64,000 nt of DNA from a virus, in IMG/VR virus record IMGVR_UViG_3300030117_007501, positions 1-64,000 of that record. One strand, 5' to 3'. Under the pieces are notes generated by a model, which worked only from the letters and a program-made list of their open reading frames with translations, did not search any database and was not told the DNA's origin. Positions 18,686 to 28,654 of the stretch are shown here, one piece after another. A program made the translations under genes and the position numbers. The number at the start of each line of letters is the position of its first letter. The first letter of the stretch is position 1.

Positions 18686-19134
18686 TGAAACTTAAAGTTT
18701 ACAAAGTTAGAGAGAATGCAAAGCTCCCAGCGAGAGCACACACGACAGATGCAGGAGCAGACGTCTTTTATTGCCCAGAAGTAGAGGAGCCGCTCACAAT
18801 CGAACAGAATGAGAGCAGGCTTATTTCGACTGGATTAAAGGTTGGGGTACCAGAGGGATACATGCTGGAGATTAAGAACAAGTCAGGGGTGGCGTTTAAG
18901 CGATCGCTGGTAGTGGGAGCATGTGTTGTCGACAGTGGATACAATGGGGAAGTGTTTGTGAACCTTCATAACATTGGGGGAACACCACAAACCATTCTAC
19001 CAGGCGAGAAGGTAGCACAAGCAGTGCTAGTGGCAGTTGCAACTCCAGAGTTCGAAGAGATTCAGAATGATGATGTTTACGGCGCAACGACAACAAGAGG
19101 CTCGGGCGCTCTTGGTTCGACGGGTGATTTCTGA
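18685..19134 (+). CDS. dut: dUTPase
   Basis: AGADV, KSG, VDSGYNGE, AQ, RGSGALGSTG. Confidence 0.95.
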   Translation: MKLKVYKVRENAKLPARAHTTDAGADVFYCPEVEEPLTIEQNESRLISTGLKVGVPEGYMLEIKNKSGVAFKRSLVVGACVVDSGYNGEVFVNLHNIGGTPQTILPGEKVAQAVLVAVATPEFEEIQNDDVYGATTTRGSGALGSTGDF

Positions 19135-19409
19135 TGGGCTCGTTTGAAAGGAAACTGAAACGCAAGCAGAAGCGCAAAGAGCAAAAGGCGTTTGAAGACG
19201 GCATTGACATGATGGTAGACAAGATCCCAGAAGAGTGCAACGCTTGTCAGGCTGCTTTCGATAGAACAAACGTTGATCAACTAACAACCTGGCGGGTTGT
19301 AGTTCGAAAGAAGCAGAAAAAGGTTAACCTCTATTGTCCCCCGTGTTGGGATGGAGCAATTGAGACAATTAAAGAAATAGAAAAGGATTTGGAGAACAAA
19401 GATGTTTAG
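19134..19409 (+). CDS. small zinc-binding protein
   Basis: CNAC and CPPC pairs. Confidence 0.5.
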   Translation: MGSFERKLKRKQKRKEQKAFEDGIDMMVDKIPEECNACQAAFDRTNVDQLTTWRVVVRKKQKKVNLYCPPCWDGAIETIKEIEKDLENKDV

Positions 19410-20466
19410 TGATACTTTGTCGTTTGACGATGTGCTTTTGGTGCCTCAAAAGAGCGATATTGAGAGTAGGAAAGAGATAGATACAAGCTCAGTGTTGAAC
19501 GGTACAAGCTTTAGCTTGCCGATTATCTCAAGTCCGATGGATACCGTGACTGAGCTGGACATGATGTCAGCTCTTGCGACTGCGGGAGGTTTTGGCATCT
19601 TGCATAGATACAATTATATTGCCGAGCAGGTAAAAACAGTAAAGGCAGCAAAGCAGTTTGGGGCTACGAGTGTCGCTGCAGCAGTTGGCGTCACCGCTGA
19701 TTTCGAAGTGAGGGCGAAAGAGCTTGTTGACGCAGGAGCAAACATTATATGTATCGACGTCGCTCATGGGCACCACACCAACGTAGAGAGAGCGTTAAAA
19801 ACCCTTAAGGATGCTTTCGGTGACACGGTTACTATTATCGCAGGCAATATTGCAACAGACGATGGATATGCTGACTTATGCAGATGGGGAGCAGATGCAG
19901 TCAGGGTTGGCATCGGAGGAGGGAGTATCTGCTCAACGAGAATTCAGACAGGGCACGGATTAAGTACGTTTCAGTCAATTATGGCGTGCAGCATGGCTAG
20001 GACAGCTGCGGCTTCTCCGTTTCATTCTTCAGAGAAGTATGATTTCGATCCAAAGCCCATCATCGCTGATGGGGGGATTCGATCATCTGGAGACATCGTG
20101 AAAGCTATAGCTGCAGGTGCAGACTTTGTTATACTGGGTTCGATGTTGGCAGGAACATCAGAAGCGCCGGGCACTGTGTTTACCAATGGTTCCGGAAAGT
20201 CGTATAAGGCATACAGAGGAATGGCGTCTAGAGAGGCACAGGAGGACTGGAGAGGGACTGCTAGCTCTCTTGAGGGTGTAGCTACCACCATACCCTATAA
20301 AGGCAGCGTGAAGCCAATACTGGAAGATATCCACCAGAATATCCGAAGCGGCTTTTCGTATAGCGGTGCAAGAAATATCAAAGAGTTGAGAGATAACGCA
20401 AGGTTTGTGCTACAAACCGTAAGTTCTCAAACAGAAAGCGGAACACACATTCTCAATGTCAGGTAA
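19402..20466 (+). CDS. IMP dehydrogenase / GMP reductase family (no CBS domains)
   Basis: [36 protein letters not shown]. Confidence 0.92.
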   Translation: MFSDTLSFDDVLLVPQKSDIESRKEIDTSSVLNGTSFSLPIISSPMDTVTELDMMSALATAGGFGILHRYNYIAEQVKTVKAAKQFGATSVAAAVGVTADFEVRAKELVDAGANIICIDVAHGHHTNVERALKTLKDAFGDTVTIIAGNIATDDGYADLCRWGADAVRVGIGGGSICSTRIQTGHGLSTFQSIMACSMARTAAASPFHSSEKYDFDPKPIIADGGIRSSGDIVKAIAAGADFVILGSMLAGTSEAPGTVFTNGSGKSYKAYRGMASREAQEDWRGTASSLEGVATTIPYKGSVKPILEDIHQNIRSGFSYSGARNIKELRDNARFVLQTVSSQTESGTHILNVR

Positions 20467-20797
20467 GAAGATATACAGTTATGGGATGGAGGGGAAAGCG
20501 ATAGTCTTCGTCGATGATGACAAGCGCCATGCTGATTTGAGAATAAGGCTCCGACATGATGGGCTAACTCAAACAGAATTCTTTCAGAGCATGATAACTG
20601 GATATTTGAACAACGACGAGAGAATAATAGAATATATAACATCAGTTAAGTATGAACTGGCAAAGCAAGGTAAGAGAAGAATTATGAAGTCAAAGAAAAT
20701 GTTAGATAAGGGCAAAGAGCTGTTGAAAGACTACTCGTTCTCAGATGAGGAGAGGGATGAGCTATTCGATATGATAGCGGAGGAGTTGATTGAATGA
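20456..20797 (+). CDS. ribbon-helix-helix-like protein
   Basis: KAIVF...HADLRIRLRHDGLTQTEFF pattern. Confidence 0.4.
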   Translation: MSGKKIYSYGMEGKAIVFVDDDKRHADLRIRLRHDGLTQTEFFQSMITGYLNNDERIIEYITSVKYELAKQGKRRIMKSKKMLDKGKELLKDYSFSDEERDELFDMIAEELIE

Positions 20798-21042
20798 AAC
20801 AGTGTTCTCGCGAGTGTATGGAGAGAAATTATGGATGTGAACAGACAGAGTGCAGAATGTGGATGGACTTCGAAGAGGACTTTAATTGCTCATTGATAGC
20901 TGTATATAAGCACGGAGAGATGACATTGGAACAGGTAGGGGAAAGGCTCGGAGTTAGCTTCGTGCGTATCCGACAAATAGAACAACAAGCACTTCAGAAA
21001 GTTAGAAAGAGGGCAGGCGAATTGTCTATTAAAAAAACCTGA
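20794..21042 (+). CDS. stand-alone sigma70 region 4 HTH protein with Cys-rich N-terminus
   Basis: MTLEQVGERLGVSFVRIRQIEQQALQK; five Cys in the first 32 aa. Confidence 0.8.
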   Translation: MKQCSRECMERNYGCEQTECRMWMDFEEDFNCSLIAVYKHGEMTLEQVGERLGVSFVRIRQIEQQALQKVRKRAGELSIKKT

Positions 21043-21059
21043 CTTTTGTTGATATGAAA

Positions 21060-21068
21060 ACTATTTAC
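21060..21068 (+). promoter_or_regulatory. candidate phage late promoter ACTANTTA
   Basis: ACTATTTAC; same motif recurs upstream of other late-type genes. Confidence 0.5.
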
Positions 21069-21129
21069 TGTAAGAAAATTTGTTTCTTTAATTGCAATTA
21101 AAAAGAACTAAACAAAGGAGAAAGTCATT

Positions 21130-21717
21130 ATGAGCAAGAAACTACTCTCGGAGGCAACTATTCGTAGATTTATGAAGTTGGCTTCCATCGATACCCTCGG
21201 AGGTAACAAGTTTTTGAAGGAGTCGGATACCGACACTGAGGAGACAGTAACCGAGGAAGAGGAAATTAATGAGATGGGCGCACCAGCATATGCGCGCGAC
21301 GAGGAGGAGCTTGAGCCAGCTGCCGAAGACGAGCTTGGCGATGAGCCTGCTCTTGATGACGAGCCTGCTCTTGATGACGAGCCTGCTCTTGATGCACCCG
21401 CAGAAGAGGGCGAAATGGTGTTGAGTGATGACGAGGCAGAGATTCTTGTTGCTCTCGGCGACAGGCTCCGCGCTGCAGGCGCAGGAGAGGGAGAAGACGA
21501 GATGGGAGCGGAAGAGGAGCCCCTCGAAGCAGATATGGAGATGGGCGAGCTTCCACCAGAAGGTGAGATTCCAGCAGAAGAGCCTGCTGAAGACGACGAG
21601 CTTCTTGAGGACGTCGATGTCGTCACCAACAAGGACTTCGACAACATGGTTAATGAGATTTTGAAGCGCGTGACTAAGAGAATACTACGAGAGAGTATGA
21701 ACACTTCTAAAAAGTAG
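21130..21717 (+). CDS. very acidic protein, possible prohead scaffold/core protein
   Basis: LLSEATIRRFMKLA N-terminus, D/E-rich body, many L/I/V-x-E sites. Confidence 0.5.
   Translation: MSKKLLSEATIRRFMKLASIDTLGGNKFLKESDTDTEETVTEEEEINEMGAPAYARDEEELEPAAEDELGDEPALDDEPALDDEPALDAPAEEGEMVLSDDEAEILVALGDRLRAAGAGEGEDEMGAEEEPLEADMEMGELPPEGEIPAEEPAEDDELLEDVDVVTNKDFDNMVNEILKRVTKRILRESMNTSKK
21343..21394 (+). repeat. 18-bp in-frame tandem repeat (about 2.9 copies)
   Basis: GAGCCTGCTCTTGATGAC encoding EPALDD. Confidence 0.9.
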
Positions 21718-21741
21718 TACTTGTGACGGCTTCTTGTAAAT

Positions 21742-21779
21742 CCCCCTTTTTCTTTAAAACAGAGAAGGGGGTTTTTTTT
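21742..21779 (+). terminator. intrinsic terminator
   Basis: CCCCCTTTTTCT...AGAGAAGGGGG stem followed by T8. Confidence 0.8.
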
Positions 21780-21780
21780 G

Positions 21781-21808
21781 TTGACAATTTGATGAAAGTT
21801 GGTATAAT
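21781..21808 (+). promoter_or_regulatory. sigma70-type promoter
   Basis: TTGACA-N16-TATAAT, very close to the 21815 ATG (possibly leaderless). Confidence 0.7.
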
Positions 21809-21814
21809 TTAGTT

Positions 21815-22219
21815 ATGGATTTTTGGATTGCAGCTGGACTTTTTTTTGCAGGCGTAGCCTCGCACAAGTTTATATCATATTGTTTAAACCTGGGCTATGG
21901 CTCTGTAGCATATAGAAAGCTCGAAGATGCTATGCTAGATATGCTTATGGCACTAGACGTAGACATGAGAATAGCGCTGGAAAAGAAATACAAACACCTA
22001 GAAGAGTCAGGAATATCCCCAGAAGAAATAAAAAAGCGTAAATTACTCGATTCAGAGATAATTGTTAAGTGGAGAGATGCCGTCATTGCAAACGTCGTTG
22101 TCTCTCTGCCAGAATCATTCTATAGGTATGTCAATTATACGACATGGGATGAGGCAGTGCAATACGCAAGAAAGAGAAATAGAAAAAGCAAAGGGAGGAC
22201 AGAAGATGGCAGAAATTGA
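21815..22219 (+). CDS. hypothetical membrane-anchored protein
   Basis: hydrophobic N-terminus, 134 aa. Confidence 0.55.
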   Translation: MDFWIAAGLFFAGVASHKFISYCLNLGYGSVAYRKLEDAMLDMLMALDVDMRIALEKKYKHLEESGISPEEIKKRKLLDSEIIVKWRDAVIANVVVSLPESFYRYVNYTTWDEAVQYARKRNRKSKGRTEDGRN

Positions 22220-22502
22220 AGCAGTTATGTGGAAGGTTAGCAAAGAAAGCGATACTTATGTTTTTCAACTAACCTCTGGTAGTCAGAGACTTCTCAAGAA
22301 AGCAATTAAGGAAGTTGGGGGTAGAGAGTCTGGAAACGGATATGACGCTTTGCGAAACAAAAAGATAGTTTTATTGCAAAGGGACTTTGAAGACAAAGAA
22401 TCTCTAAAGGAGTTTGCAAATGGGCTATCCTTTAATTTATCAGAAATATCTAAAACCGGCAAAGAAAGGATCATCAATGCCAAAAGAAAAAAGAAAAACT
22501 AA
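22206..22502 (+). CDS. hypothetical protein
   Basis: GGAGG RBS before ATG 22206. Confidence 0.55.
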   Translation: MAEIEAVMWKVSKESDTYVFQLTSGSQRLLKKAIKEVGGRESGNGYDALRNKKIVLLQRDFEDKESLKEFANGLSFNLSEISKTGKERIINAKRKKKN

Positions 22503-23178
22503 GAAGAAAGAGAAAAAGGAAGTAGAGTTGAAGGAGCAGGAGGTTGTAGTTGAGGATCCGGAAGAGGAGTTTCTGGATTCAGAAGAGAGATTCATCATAA
22601 TCAACAATATTGAACAGCCAACAAGCGATGGTTCGAGCTTAATTAGGAGCATTTCCTTGTACGGCGACTTGACAGAGGACAACGCCTCTGACATTGTACA
22701 ATCTTTTATGTTTTTGAGGGAGTTGTCGCACAGGCTCCAACTTAGTGGTGATGAAGAGGAGTGCAAGCCTATTGAGTTCCTTATTTCATCACACGGCGGC
22801 GTCGCCGCTGAAATGTTCGCCATCTATGATACCATGAGGATGGTACGTCAGTCTTGTGAGGTGAGTACCATTGGGATGGGGAAGGTTATGTCCGCTGGTG
22901 TTGTCCTGTTGGCAGCAGGAACAAAGGGAAAGAGAAAGATTGGAGCCAACTGCAGAGTTATGATACACAGTGTTAATGGCGGATATCACGGAAACCTAAC
23001 AAACATGGAAAATGAAATCGAAGAAGTTAGATGGATTCAGGAAAGGTACGTAGAGTGTCTTGCCGCTGAGTCGAACATGACAGAGAGAGAAATTAAGAAA
23101 TACCTCAAAAAGCACGTGGACGTTTATCTATCGGCAGAAGAGGCTGTCGAGCTGGGAATTGCGGACATTATTGTTTAA
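22477..23178 (+). CDS. clpP: ClpP-like protease
   Basis: ISSHGG, AIYDTM, VMSAG (Ser), VMIH (His), DVYLSAEEAVELGIAD. Confidence 0.92.
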   Translation: MPKEKRKTKKKEKKEVELKEQEVVVEDPEEEFLDSEERFIIINNIEQPTSDGSSLIRSISLYGDLTEDNASDIVQSFMFLRELSHRLQLSGDEEECKPIEFLISSHGGVAAEMFAIYDTMRMVRQSCEVSTIGMGKVMSAGVVLLAAGTKGKRKIGANCRVMIHSVNGGYHGNLTNMENEIEEVRWIQERYVECLAAESNMTEREIKKYLKKHVDVYLSAEEAVELGIADIIV

Positions 23179-23183
23179 AAGAG

Positions 23184-23192
23184 ACTAATTAT
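23184..23192 (+). promoter_or_regulatory. candidate phage late promoter ACTANTTA
   Basis: ACTAATTAT in the clpP-23209 gap. Confidence 0.5.
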
Positions 23193-23208
23193 ATACTGAG
23201 GTACGTGC

Positions 23209-24210
23209 ATGTCCAGAGTAGATGAAATAATCAACAAAGCAAAGAAAAAACCGTTTGACGTAGGAAGCTTAATAGATTTGGTGGAGAGCGTCTTGGCTAC
23301 TCCAATTTCGTTGTCTGAGGACGCTGGTGAGGCGTCCTCGACTGACGAGGTTTGCTTGTTAATACCTGATTTCCGTATTGATCCAAGTTGGATGTCTGTC
23401 GACGAGGGAAATTATGATACCGAAAGAGCCAAACTAGCCAAAGCAATAGAGGCAGTAAGGCTACCTAGAGAAATAACAAACCTTGAAGGATTTATTACGG
23501 GAATCAATGGGATACTCTCAGAAAGAAACGTGGATGTGTCAGATCATGCCGCCGCAATTTCTAGAATTCAATTGCTGAGAATATTTTACAACCTTGCAAC
23601 TGCGCCCGACGAGACGATATCAGGCTTCCTGTTTGAATCTCTCATGGCGATGGTGTTTGGGGGCGTGAGGATTCCGACTGATGATAGAGAGAACGGAGTT
23701 GTTGACGTGGCTTTTCCGGGCGTCCCGGTTTCATTAAAGTTTATAAGAAGCAAGAGAACGAACATAAAGGGCTCCCTCGACAAGCTTCAGTTAGCTCTTC
23801 GGACATATCCTGCCGGTATAAAGTATATCATAGCAGACAAGCAGGGCGACGCAATTGAGTTTTATGAGTTCGACATCGACAACGATCAGGACTCCCCCAA
23901 TTATTGGGGCTTGTTGCCGACTTATAAGACGCAGTTTAGTGTTAGTCTTAAGAAGTTGAGAACAGAAAGGGAAGTTAGAAAGCTTACAACCCTGCGGTTC
24001 TCGGGCATAGAGAGGAAAACTCAAAAAATACTGGACGCACTGAACGCAAAATTTGAAAACCTACTTTCAACATTAAATGACTTGAACTTACAGGTAACTG
24101 ATTTGTTGTATGTCACAACGGAACCAAAAAAGACAAAGAGGCTCGCTGGCAAGACAGCAAGAAAGGCTCAGAAAACTAAGAAGTCTGCAGAAAAAGTTCA
24201 AAATAAATAA
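23209..24210 (+). CDS. PD-(D/E)xK-like nuclease-fold protein
   Basis: GFLFESLMA...VVDV...VSLK arrangement. Confidence 0.45.
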   Translation: MSRVDEIINKAKKKPFDVGSLIDLVESVLATPISLSEDAGEASSTDEVCLLIPDFRIDPSWMSVDEGNYDTERAKLAKAIEAVRLPREITNLEGFITGINGILSERNVDVSDHAAAISRIQLLRIFYNLATAPDETISGFLFESLMAMVFGGVRIPTDDRENGVVDVAFPGVPVSLKFIRSKRTNIKGSLDKLQLALRTYPAGIKYIIADKQGDAIEFYEFDIDNDQDSPNYWGLLPTYKTQFSVSLKKLRTEREVRKLTTLRFSGIERKTQKILDALNAKFENLLSTLNDLNLQVTDLLYVTTEPKKTKRLAGKTARKAQKTKKSAEKVQNK

Positions 24211-24284
24211 CGAATCCCCTTTACAACACACCAAAATGTGTTTATAATATAATATATCGTTTTAACAATCAACGAGAGGAAAAC

Positions 24285-25862
24285 ATGTCTAAAAAATTTG
24301 CATCCGGAGCTAATCTCCGACAGAAGATACTTGATGGAGTTAATGTCCTGGCGGACAACGTAGCTTCAACACTAGGACCACGTGGCAGGAATGTGATAAT
24401 TCACGAAAAAGGAAAACGCCCCGTGATCACGAAGGATGGAGTCACTGTGGCTAAGTTTATTGAATTCGAAGACGAGTTCATGAACGCTGGCGCCCAAGTG
24501 GTTAAGCAGGCTGCAGCCAAGACTAATGTCGACGCTGGCGACGGCACAACCACATCTACAGTTCTTGCGCGTGCAATATTCAATGCAGCTTCTGATCATA
24601 TTGTGGACGGCTCTTCAGCACCCATTGAGATTAAGAGAGGGATTGATAAAGCTGTGAACGCAGTTAACGAGCTGCTGTTGGAATCAGCCCGCCCAATTCA
24701 AAGCGCGGATGATGTTGCCCATATCGCAACCATCTCCGCTAATGGCGATGAAGATATCGGGAACTTAGTAGCTCTCGCTGTTGATAAGGTGGGCAAGGAC
24801 GGTTCTATCACCATTGAAGAAGCGCGATCGGTGGATACAAGTTTGGACTTAATGGAAGGCTTCAGGTTTGATTCGGGGTACGCAGCTACAGCATTTATTA
24901 CTGATGATAGGAGGGGCGTGGTTCGCTACGAGGATCCCATCTTTCTCATTACTGATGAAAAGATTGAAACTGTAGATCAGATATTGCCAGCCCTTGAGGT
25001 AGCGGCTCGCGAGTCTCGCCCCTTTGTCATTGTTGCTGACGACATCGAAGGACAGGCATTGGCGGCACTCATCATGAACTCCATGAGGGGCACCATGAAA
25101 GTTGCGGCAGTTAAGGCTCCAAGGTATGGTGAAGAGCGTCGAGGCATTATGAGCGACTTAGCAATTTCGGTTGGTGCAAAGTACTTCCGACGCTCCGCCG
25201 GAGACAAACTTAAAGAAGCAAACCTCACAGACTTCGGCTCAGCGAAGACAGTAGAGATTGAAAAGGGCACAACCACTGTAGTCGGAGGTAACGGAAATCT
25301 TGAAGAGGTGGAAAACAGGATTGATGCACTGAAGGCGGAAATTGAACAAACAGACTCCCTGCACCAAGCGGAGCGAGTACAGGACAGGGTTACCCGCCTA
25401 GCCTCCGGCGTCGCTGTTATTAGGGTTGGGGCTGCAACGGAGATTGAGATGATAGAGAAGAAGCATAGAATCGAAGACGCACTAGAGGCTGTCCGGTCGG
25501 CTCAACTTGAGGGGGTTATTTCTGGTGGTGGCACGGCGCTATTAATGTCGTCAACAAAGCTTGTGGTAGACACTGAAAACGAACACCAGGAATCTGGTGT
25601 GGATATCGTCCGACGTGCACTACAGGAACCTATTCGTCAAATGGCGAGTAATTGTGGCATGGATGTAGAAGACACACTGCAAACTATCACCGAAGCTTCG
25701 AACGGGATGGGAATTAATTTTGCAACCGGAGAGCTTGTCAACATGTTTGATGTAGGTATCATCGATCCAGTAAAAGTGACAAGGAGTGCCTTGCGAAATG
25801 CTGCCTCTGTAGCCGGAACTCTTTTGACAACTAACCATGCTATTATAGAATTGGAAGACTAG
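24285..25862 (+). CDS. groEL: chaperonin GroEL
   Basis: TLGPRGRNV, TKDGVTVA, GDGTTT, KAPRYGE, GIIDPVKV. Confidence 0.97.
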   Translation: MSKKFASGANLRQKILDGVNVLADNVASTLGPRGRNVIIHEKGKRPVITKDGVTVAKFIEFEDEFMNAGAQVVKQAAAKTNVDAGDGTTTSTVLARAIFNAASDHIVDGSSAPIEIKRGIDKAVNAVNELLLESARPIQSADDVAHIATISANGDEDIGNLVALAVDKVGKDGSITIEEARSVDTSLDLMEGFRFDSGYAATAFITDDRRGVVRYEDPIFLITDEKIETVDQILPALEVAARESRPFVIVADDIEGQALAALIMNSMRGTMKVAAVKAPRYGEERRGIMSDLAISVGAKYFRRSAGDKLKEANLTDFGSAKTVEIEKGTTTVVGGNGNLEEVENRIDALKAEIEQTDSLHQAERVQDRVTRLASGVAVIRVGAATEIEMIEKKHRIEDALEAVRSAQLEGVISGGGTALLMSSTKLVVDTENEHQESGVDIVRRALQEPIRQMASNCGMDVEDTLQTITEASNGMGINFATGELVNMFDVGIIDPVKVTRSALRNAASVAGTLLTTNHAIIELED

Positions 25863-25899
25863 TTAGTCTGTCTTGTCCTATATTCAGGAGGAATTTACC

Positions 25900-26181
25900 A
25901 TGTCTACAGACAGAGAGAGTTGCAGTAGAGAATTTGAAGCGCGTCTTGATTTGAAGTTAAGTCAGTTGGTGAATGATATAAGTGCCTCGCGAGAAAAGCA
26001 GCACGAGATGCACGAAGACATAGCAGAGATAAAGAACGCTGTGTACCACCCCGACGAAGGATTGTACGCCCGACTCAGAGAGCTTGAGGCGTGGAAGTCC
26101 ACATCTGCAAGGATGATGTGGATAATGTTCACAAGTTTCGCTGGCACTATCGGCGCAGTTGTATTATCTAAATTTGGATAA
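25900..26181 (+). CDS. coiled-coil protein with C-terminal TM helix (XhlA/holin-like architecture)
   Basis: AGGAGG RBS; C-terminal hydrophobic helix; ACTAGTTAG upstream at 25858. Confidence 0.45.
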   Translation: MSTDRESCSREFEARLDLKLSQLVNDISASREKQHEMHEDIAEIKNAVYHPDEGLYARLRELEAWKSTSARMMWIMFTSFAGTIGAVVLSKFG

Positions 26182-26186
26182 AACAC

Positions 26187-26215
26187 TTGACTTTTAAAAG
26201 ATTTGGTGATATACT
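26187..26215 (+). promoter_or_regulatory. sigma70-type promoter
   Basis: TTGACT-N17-TATACT. Confidence 0.65.
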
Positions 26216-26221
26216 TTTAAT

Positions 26222-26551
26222 ATGAAAACAGTTCAACAGAGTATTAGAATCTTAGAGAGCTTCCTCCACAACGAATATGGAGTGGAAGTATATTACGGTA
26301 AGGACGGCGATAACGCTTTCTTTGCAGACGCCGGAATAGTAGAAATCAACACTTCCTCTCCAGAAGAGGAGCAATACCACACATTGTTGCACGAAGCTTC
26401 TCATGCAGTTCTGTATCCAGATACAAGCGAGTCTGCAGCGTGGAGCATGGCAGAGAGCATGGCAGAGTCTTTAGATTTGACTCCTTTAAGTGGGGCTTTT
26501 TTCAAGTTGAGAGAGGATTGTTTACGAGAATATAGGGAAGCATCATCATGA
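26222..26551 (+). CDS. small HExxH metallopeptidase-like protein
   Basis: LLHEASHA then E..AW. Confidence 0.6.
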   Translation: MKTVQQSIRILESFLHNEYGVEVYYGKDGDNAFFADAGIVEINTSSPEEEQYHTLLHEASHAVLYPDTSESAAWSMAESMAESLDLTPLSGAFFKLREDCLREYREASS

Positions 26552-26820
26552 AAGTAAAGTTACAATACACGGTAGACATGGAAGACATTCCCGACGAGCT
26601 AGAGTGTTTGGTGAAAAAGGCGCTCTGTCATTTGGCAGAAGCTTCGGACGCAGCAAGCAACCTAGACGCCGCAGGGAATGCGTCCAAGTTCGTAGAATCA
26701 GCAAACAATGCAAGGGAGAAGATGCTAAAGGCGGATCTTCTTCTAGCAGACTGTACGAAAATTATGTCAGATTATGCCGCAACCATTCACGGCGGAGAGG
26801 GGTTGGTAGATGAGGGGTAG
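26548..26820 (+). CDS. hypothetical protein
   Basis: ORF in co-directional operon, ATGA overlap. Confidence 0.55.
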   Translation: MKVKLQYTVDMEDIPDELECLVKKALCHLAEASDAASNLDAAGNASKFVESANNAREKMLKADLLLADCTKIMSDYAATIHGGEGLVDEG

Positions 26821-27025
26821 AGATAGGAGTGATTTAATATACGTTCCTTCTGCCACTGTCTTGCTAAACGGAGACAATCCAACAGACGTAAAGAAACTTA
26901 AGGAGCCGGGAGTGTTTCTGATAGTGTCGGATACAGATTCGTCTTACAGTATTCTTTATGAAGGCTCTCGGTGGCTAGTTAATAAGAGACAGGCTTATAT
27001 AGTAGAAGAAGGGATGAGATTATGA
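26810..27025 (+). CDS. hypothetical protein
   Basis: ORF in operon. Confidence 0.5.
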   Translation: MRGRDRSDLIYVPSATVLLNGDNPTDVKKLKEPGVFLIVSDTDSSYSILYEGSRWLVNKRQAYIVEEGMRL

Positions 27026-27318
27026 TAGTTAAGCTTAAGGAGGTATATAGGAATGTTTCTCCTACCGCATCTCCGATAAACAAGATGAAGTATACGTTAA
27101 GAGATATTTTTATAAACCCAGAGCATGTAATATACATTAGGCAAAACCCCTCCATGTCGAAGAGGTTGGCAGAAGGCATGATTGATGGTATCAGCACTGT
27201 GGAGGAGTTTTGTACAATCTCTCTATCAAGAGGGCAGTCTGGCACTGATATTATAGTTGTTGGCAATGTCGAAGAGGTTAATGATATGTTGGCAGGAAAG
27301 GCATTGTTACATGGATAA
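27022..27318 (+). CDS. hypothetical protein
   Basis: ORF in operon, IFINPEHV motif. Confidence 0.55.
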   Translation: MIVKLKEVYRNVSPTASPINKMKYTLRDIFINPEHVIYIRQNPSMSKRLAEGMIDGISTVEEFCTISLSRGQSGTDIIVVGNVEEVNDMLAGKALLHG

Positions 27319-27562
27319 CAGTAGATATATAATTTATGGAACGTCTAGGTGTCCATTTTGCATCAACGCTGTGCGCCTACTGCAATCGGAAAACATCGAT
27401 TACGTGTTCTTGAACATGGAAGAAGATAGAGAAGGTTTGGAAGAGGCAAAGCAGTATTACAACCACCATACTGTGCCCATCGTATTGAAAAATGATAAGT
27501 TCAGTGGGAAGACTAGTTTCGTGGGAGGCTACGACGATTTATCGGGGTTGATAGATGTCTGA
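27311..27562 (+). CDS. glutaredoxin
   Basis: CPFC, TVP, VGGYDDL. Confidence 0.9.
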   Translation: MDNSRYIIYGTSRCPFCINAVRLLQSENIDYVFLNMEEDREGLEEAKQYYNHHTVPIVLKNDKFSGKTSFVGGYDDLSGLIDV

Positions 27563-27965
27563 CATTAATGAAATTGAATGTGAGTTACGGGAAATCCCAG
27601 AGCACTTTTTTGACACCAAGTCAACAAAGCTGAAGAGAGGAAAGTATCACGGTTCTAATTTTTGGGATGTTCCTAACTTCGGCACCAAGCAGTGGGTGGT
27701 TGCAGCCAGGATTGATATGGACTTCGATGCTTACGAGGATGCCTCTGTGACAATTGAAGAGTTGGCGCAAGCATGCGTCAATTATCTCAACAAGCCTCCC
27801 CCTAGGAGGAAATATGCCAAGAGACAACCAAAGCCTAAGTACGGAGTGCTTGAACTCTACCGTGCAAAGATAGTGGAGAGAGGGGACGACAAGTATATTG
27901 ATGCGTACCTTATTGTTAAAAACAGAAAAGAGAAGCACTTTTGGGGGAAGGGAAGGGTGATGTGA
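27555..27965 (+). CDS. hypothetical protein
   Basis: 136-aa ORF in operon. Confidence 0.55.
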   Translation: MSDINEIECELREIPEHFFDTKSTKLKRGKYHGSNFWDVPNFGTKQWVVAARIDMDFDAYEDASVTIEELAQACVNYLNKPPPRRKYAKRQPKPKYGVLELYRAKIVERGDDKYIDAYLIVKNRKEKHFWGKGRVM

Positions 27966-28306
27966 TGAGCAAGGCTCCAAAGCCCGGAAAAGTGACTCTG
28001 AGCAGGGGAGACATCTTAGCTTTCTACAAGGACGTGGATAATGTCTTTGCCCGCGTCGACAGCCTCCTAGAAGACAACTATGTAAAGAGGATATCGTGTT
28101 CTCCCTATACTGTGAGGTGTCTCTGTGAGTTGTTTATAAACGCCAGCGTGCTAGAAGAGTACTTGAACAAGGTGTTTCCAGACTTGTCGCACGAGAGGTA
28201 TCAGGTAGATGCTGATTTCGTATTGAAGCTAACCAAGGTGGCAATGCTGTTGCACGAAGTAAAGACAGATTTAAAGTTGTCAAACATATCCCTGGACGTA
28301 CATTAG
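27965..28306 (+). CDS. hypothetical protein
   Basis: ORF in operon. Confidence 0.5.
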   Translation: MSKAPKPGKVTLSRGDILAFYKDVDNVFARVDSLLEDNYVKRISCSPYTVRCLCELFINASVLEEYLNKVFPDLSHERYQVDADFVLKLTKVAMLLHEVKTDLKLSNISLDVH

Positions 28307-28654
28307 ATGAGCAAAGGCATAATCCTCGCAGCTCTCTTGTTTGTAGCTGCGCACATATTAAGCTGGCTTCAGTTGAATATGCAATTTTTGAGTGAGTGGT
28401 GGCAAGGTAGGGGATTGCTGTCGGTAATTGTCTTTGGGATACCTTGTGGGCTTTTGTTCTGGTATGCGTGGGGACAAGCCACAGAGTCCCTTGACAAGTC
28501 TTTGTGGGGCGCTAGATTTTTGAGCTTTGGTTTGTCGTACTTGACATTTCCAATCATGACTCACTATTTTTTGGGAGAAAGCATGTTCACTCCCAAGACA
28601 ATGATATGCGTATTTTTGTCATTTGTCATAATGTTTGTACAAATTTATGCATGA
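28307..28654 (+). CDS. small 4-TM membrane protein (SMR/DMT-like size)
   Basis: four hydrophobic helices, LGESM motif. Confidence 0.6.
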   Translation: MSKGIILAALLFVAAHILSWLQLNMQFLSEWWQGRGLLSVIVFGIPCGLLFWYAWGQATESLDKSLWGARFLSFGLSYLTFPIMTHYFLGESMFTPKTMICVFLSFVIMFVQIYA

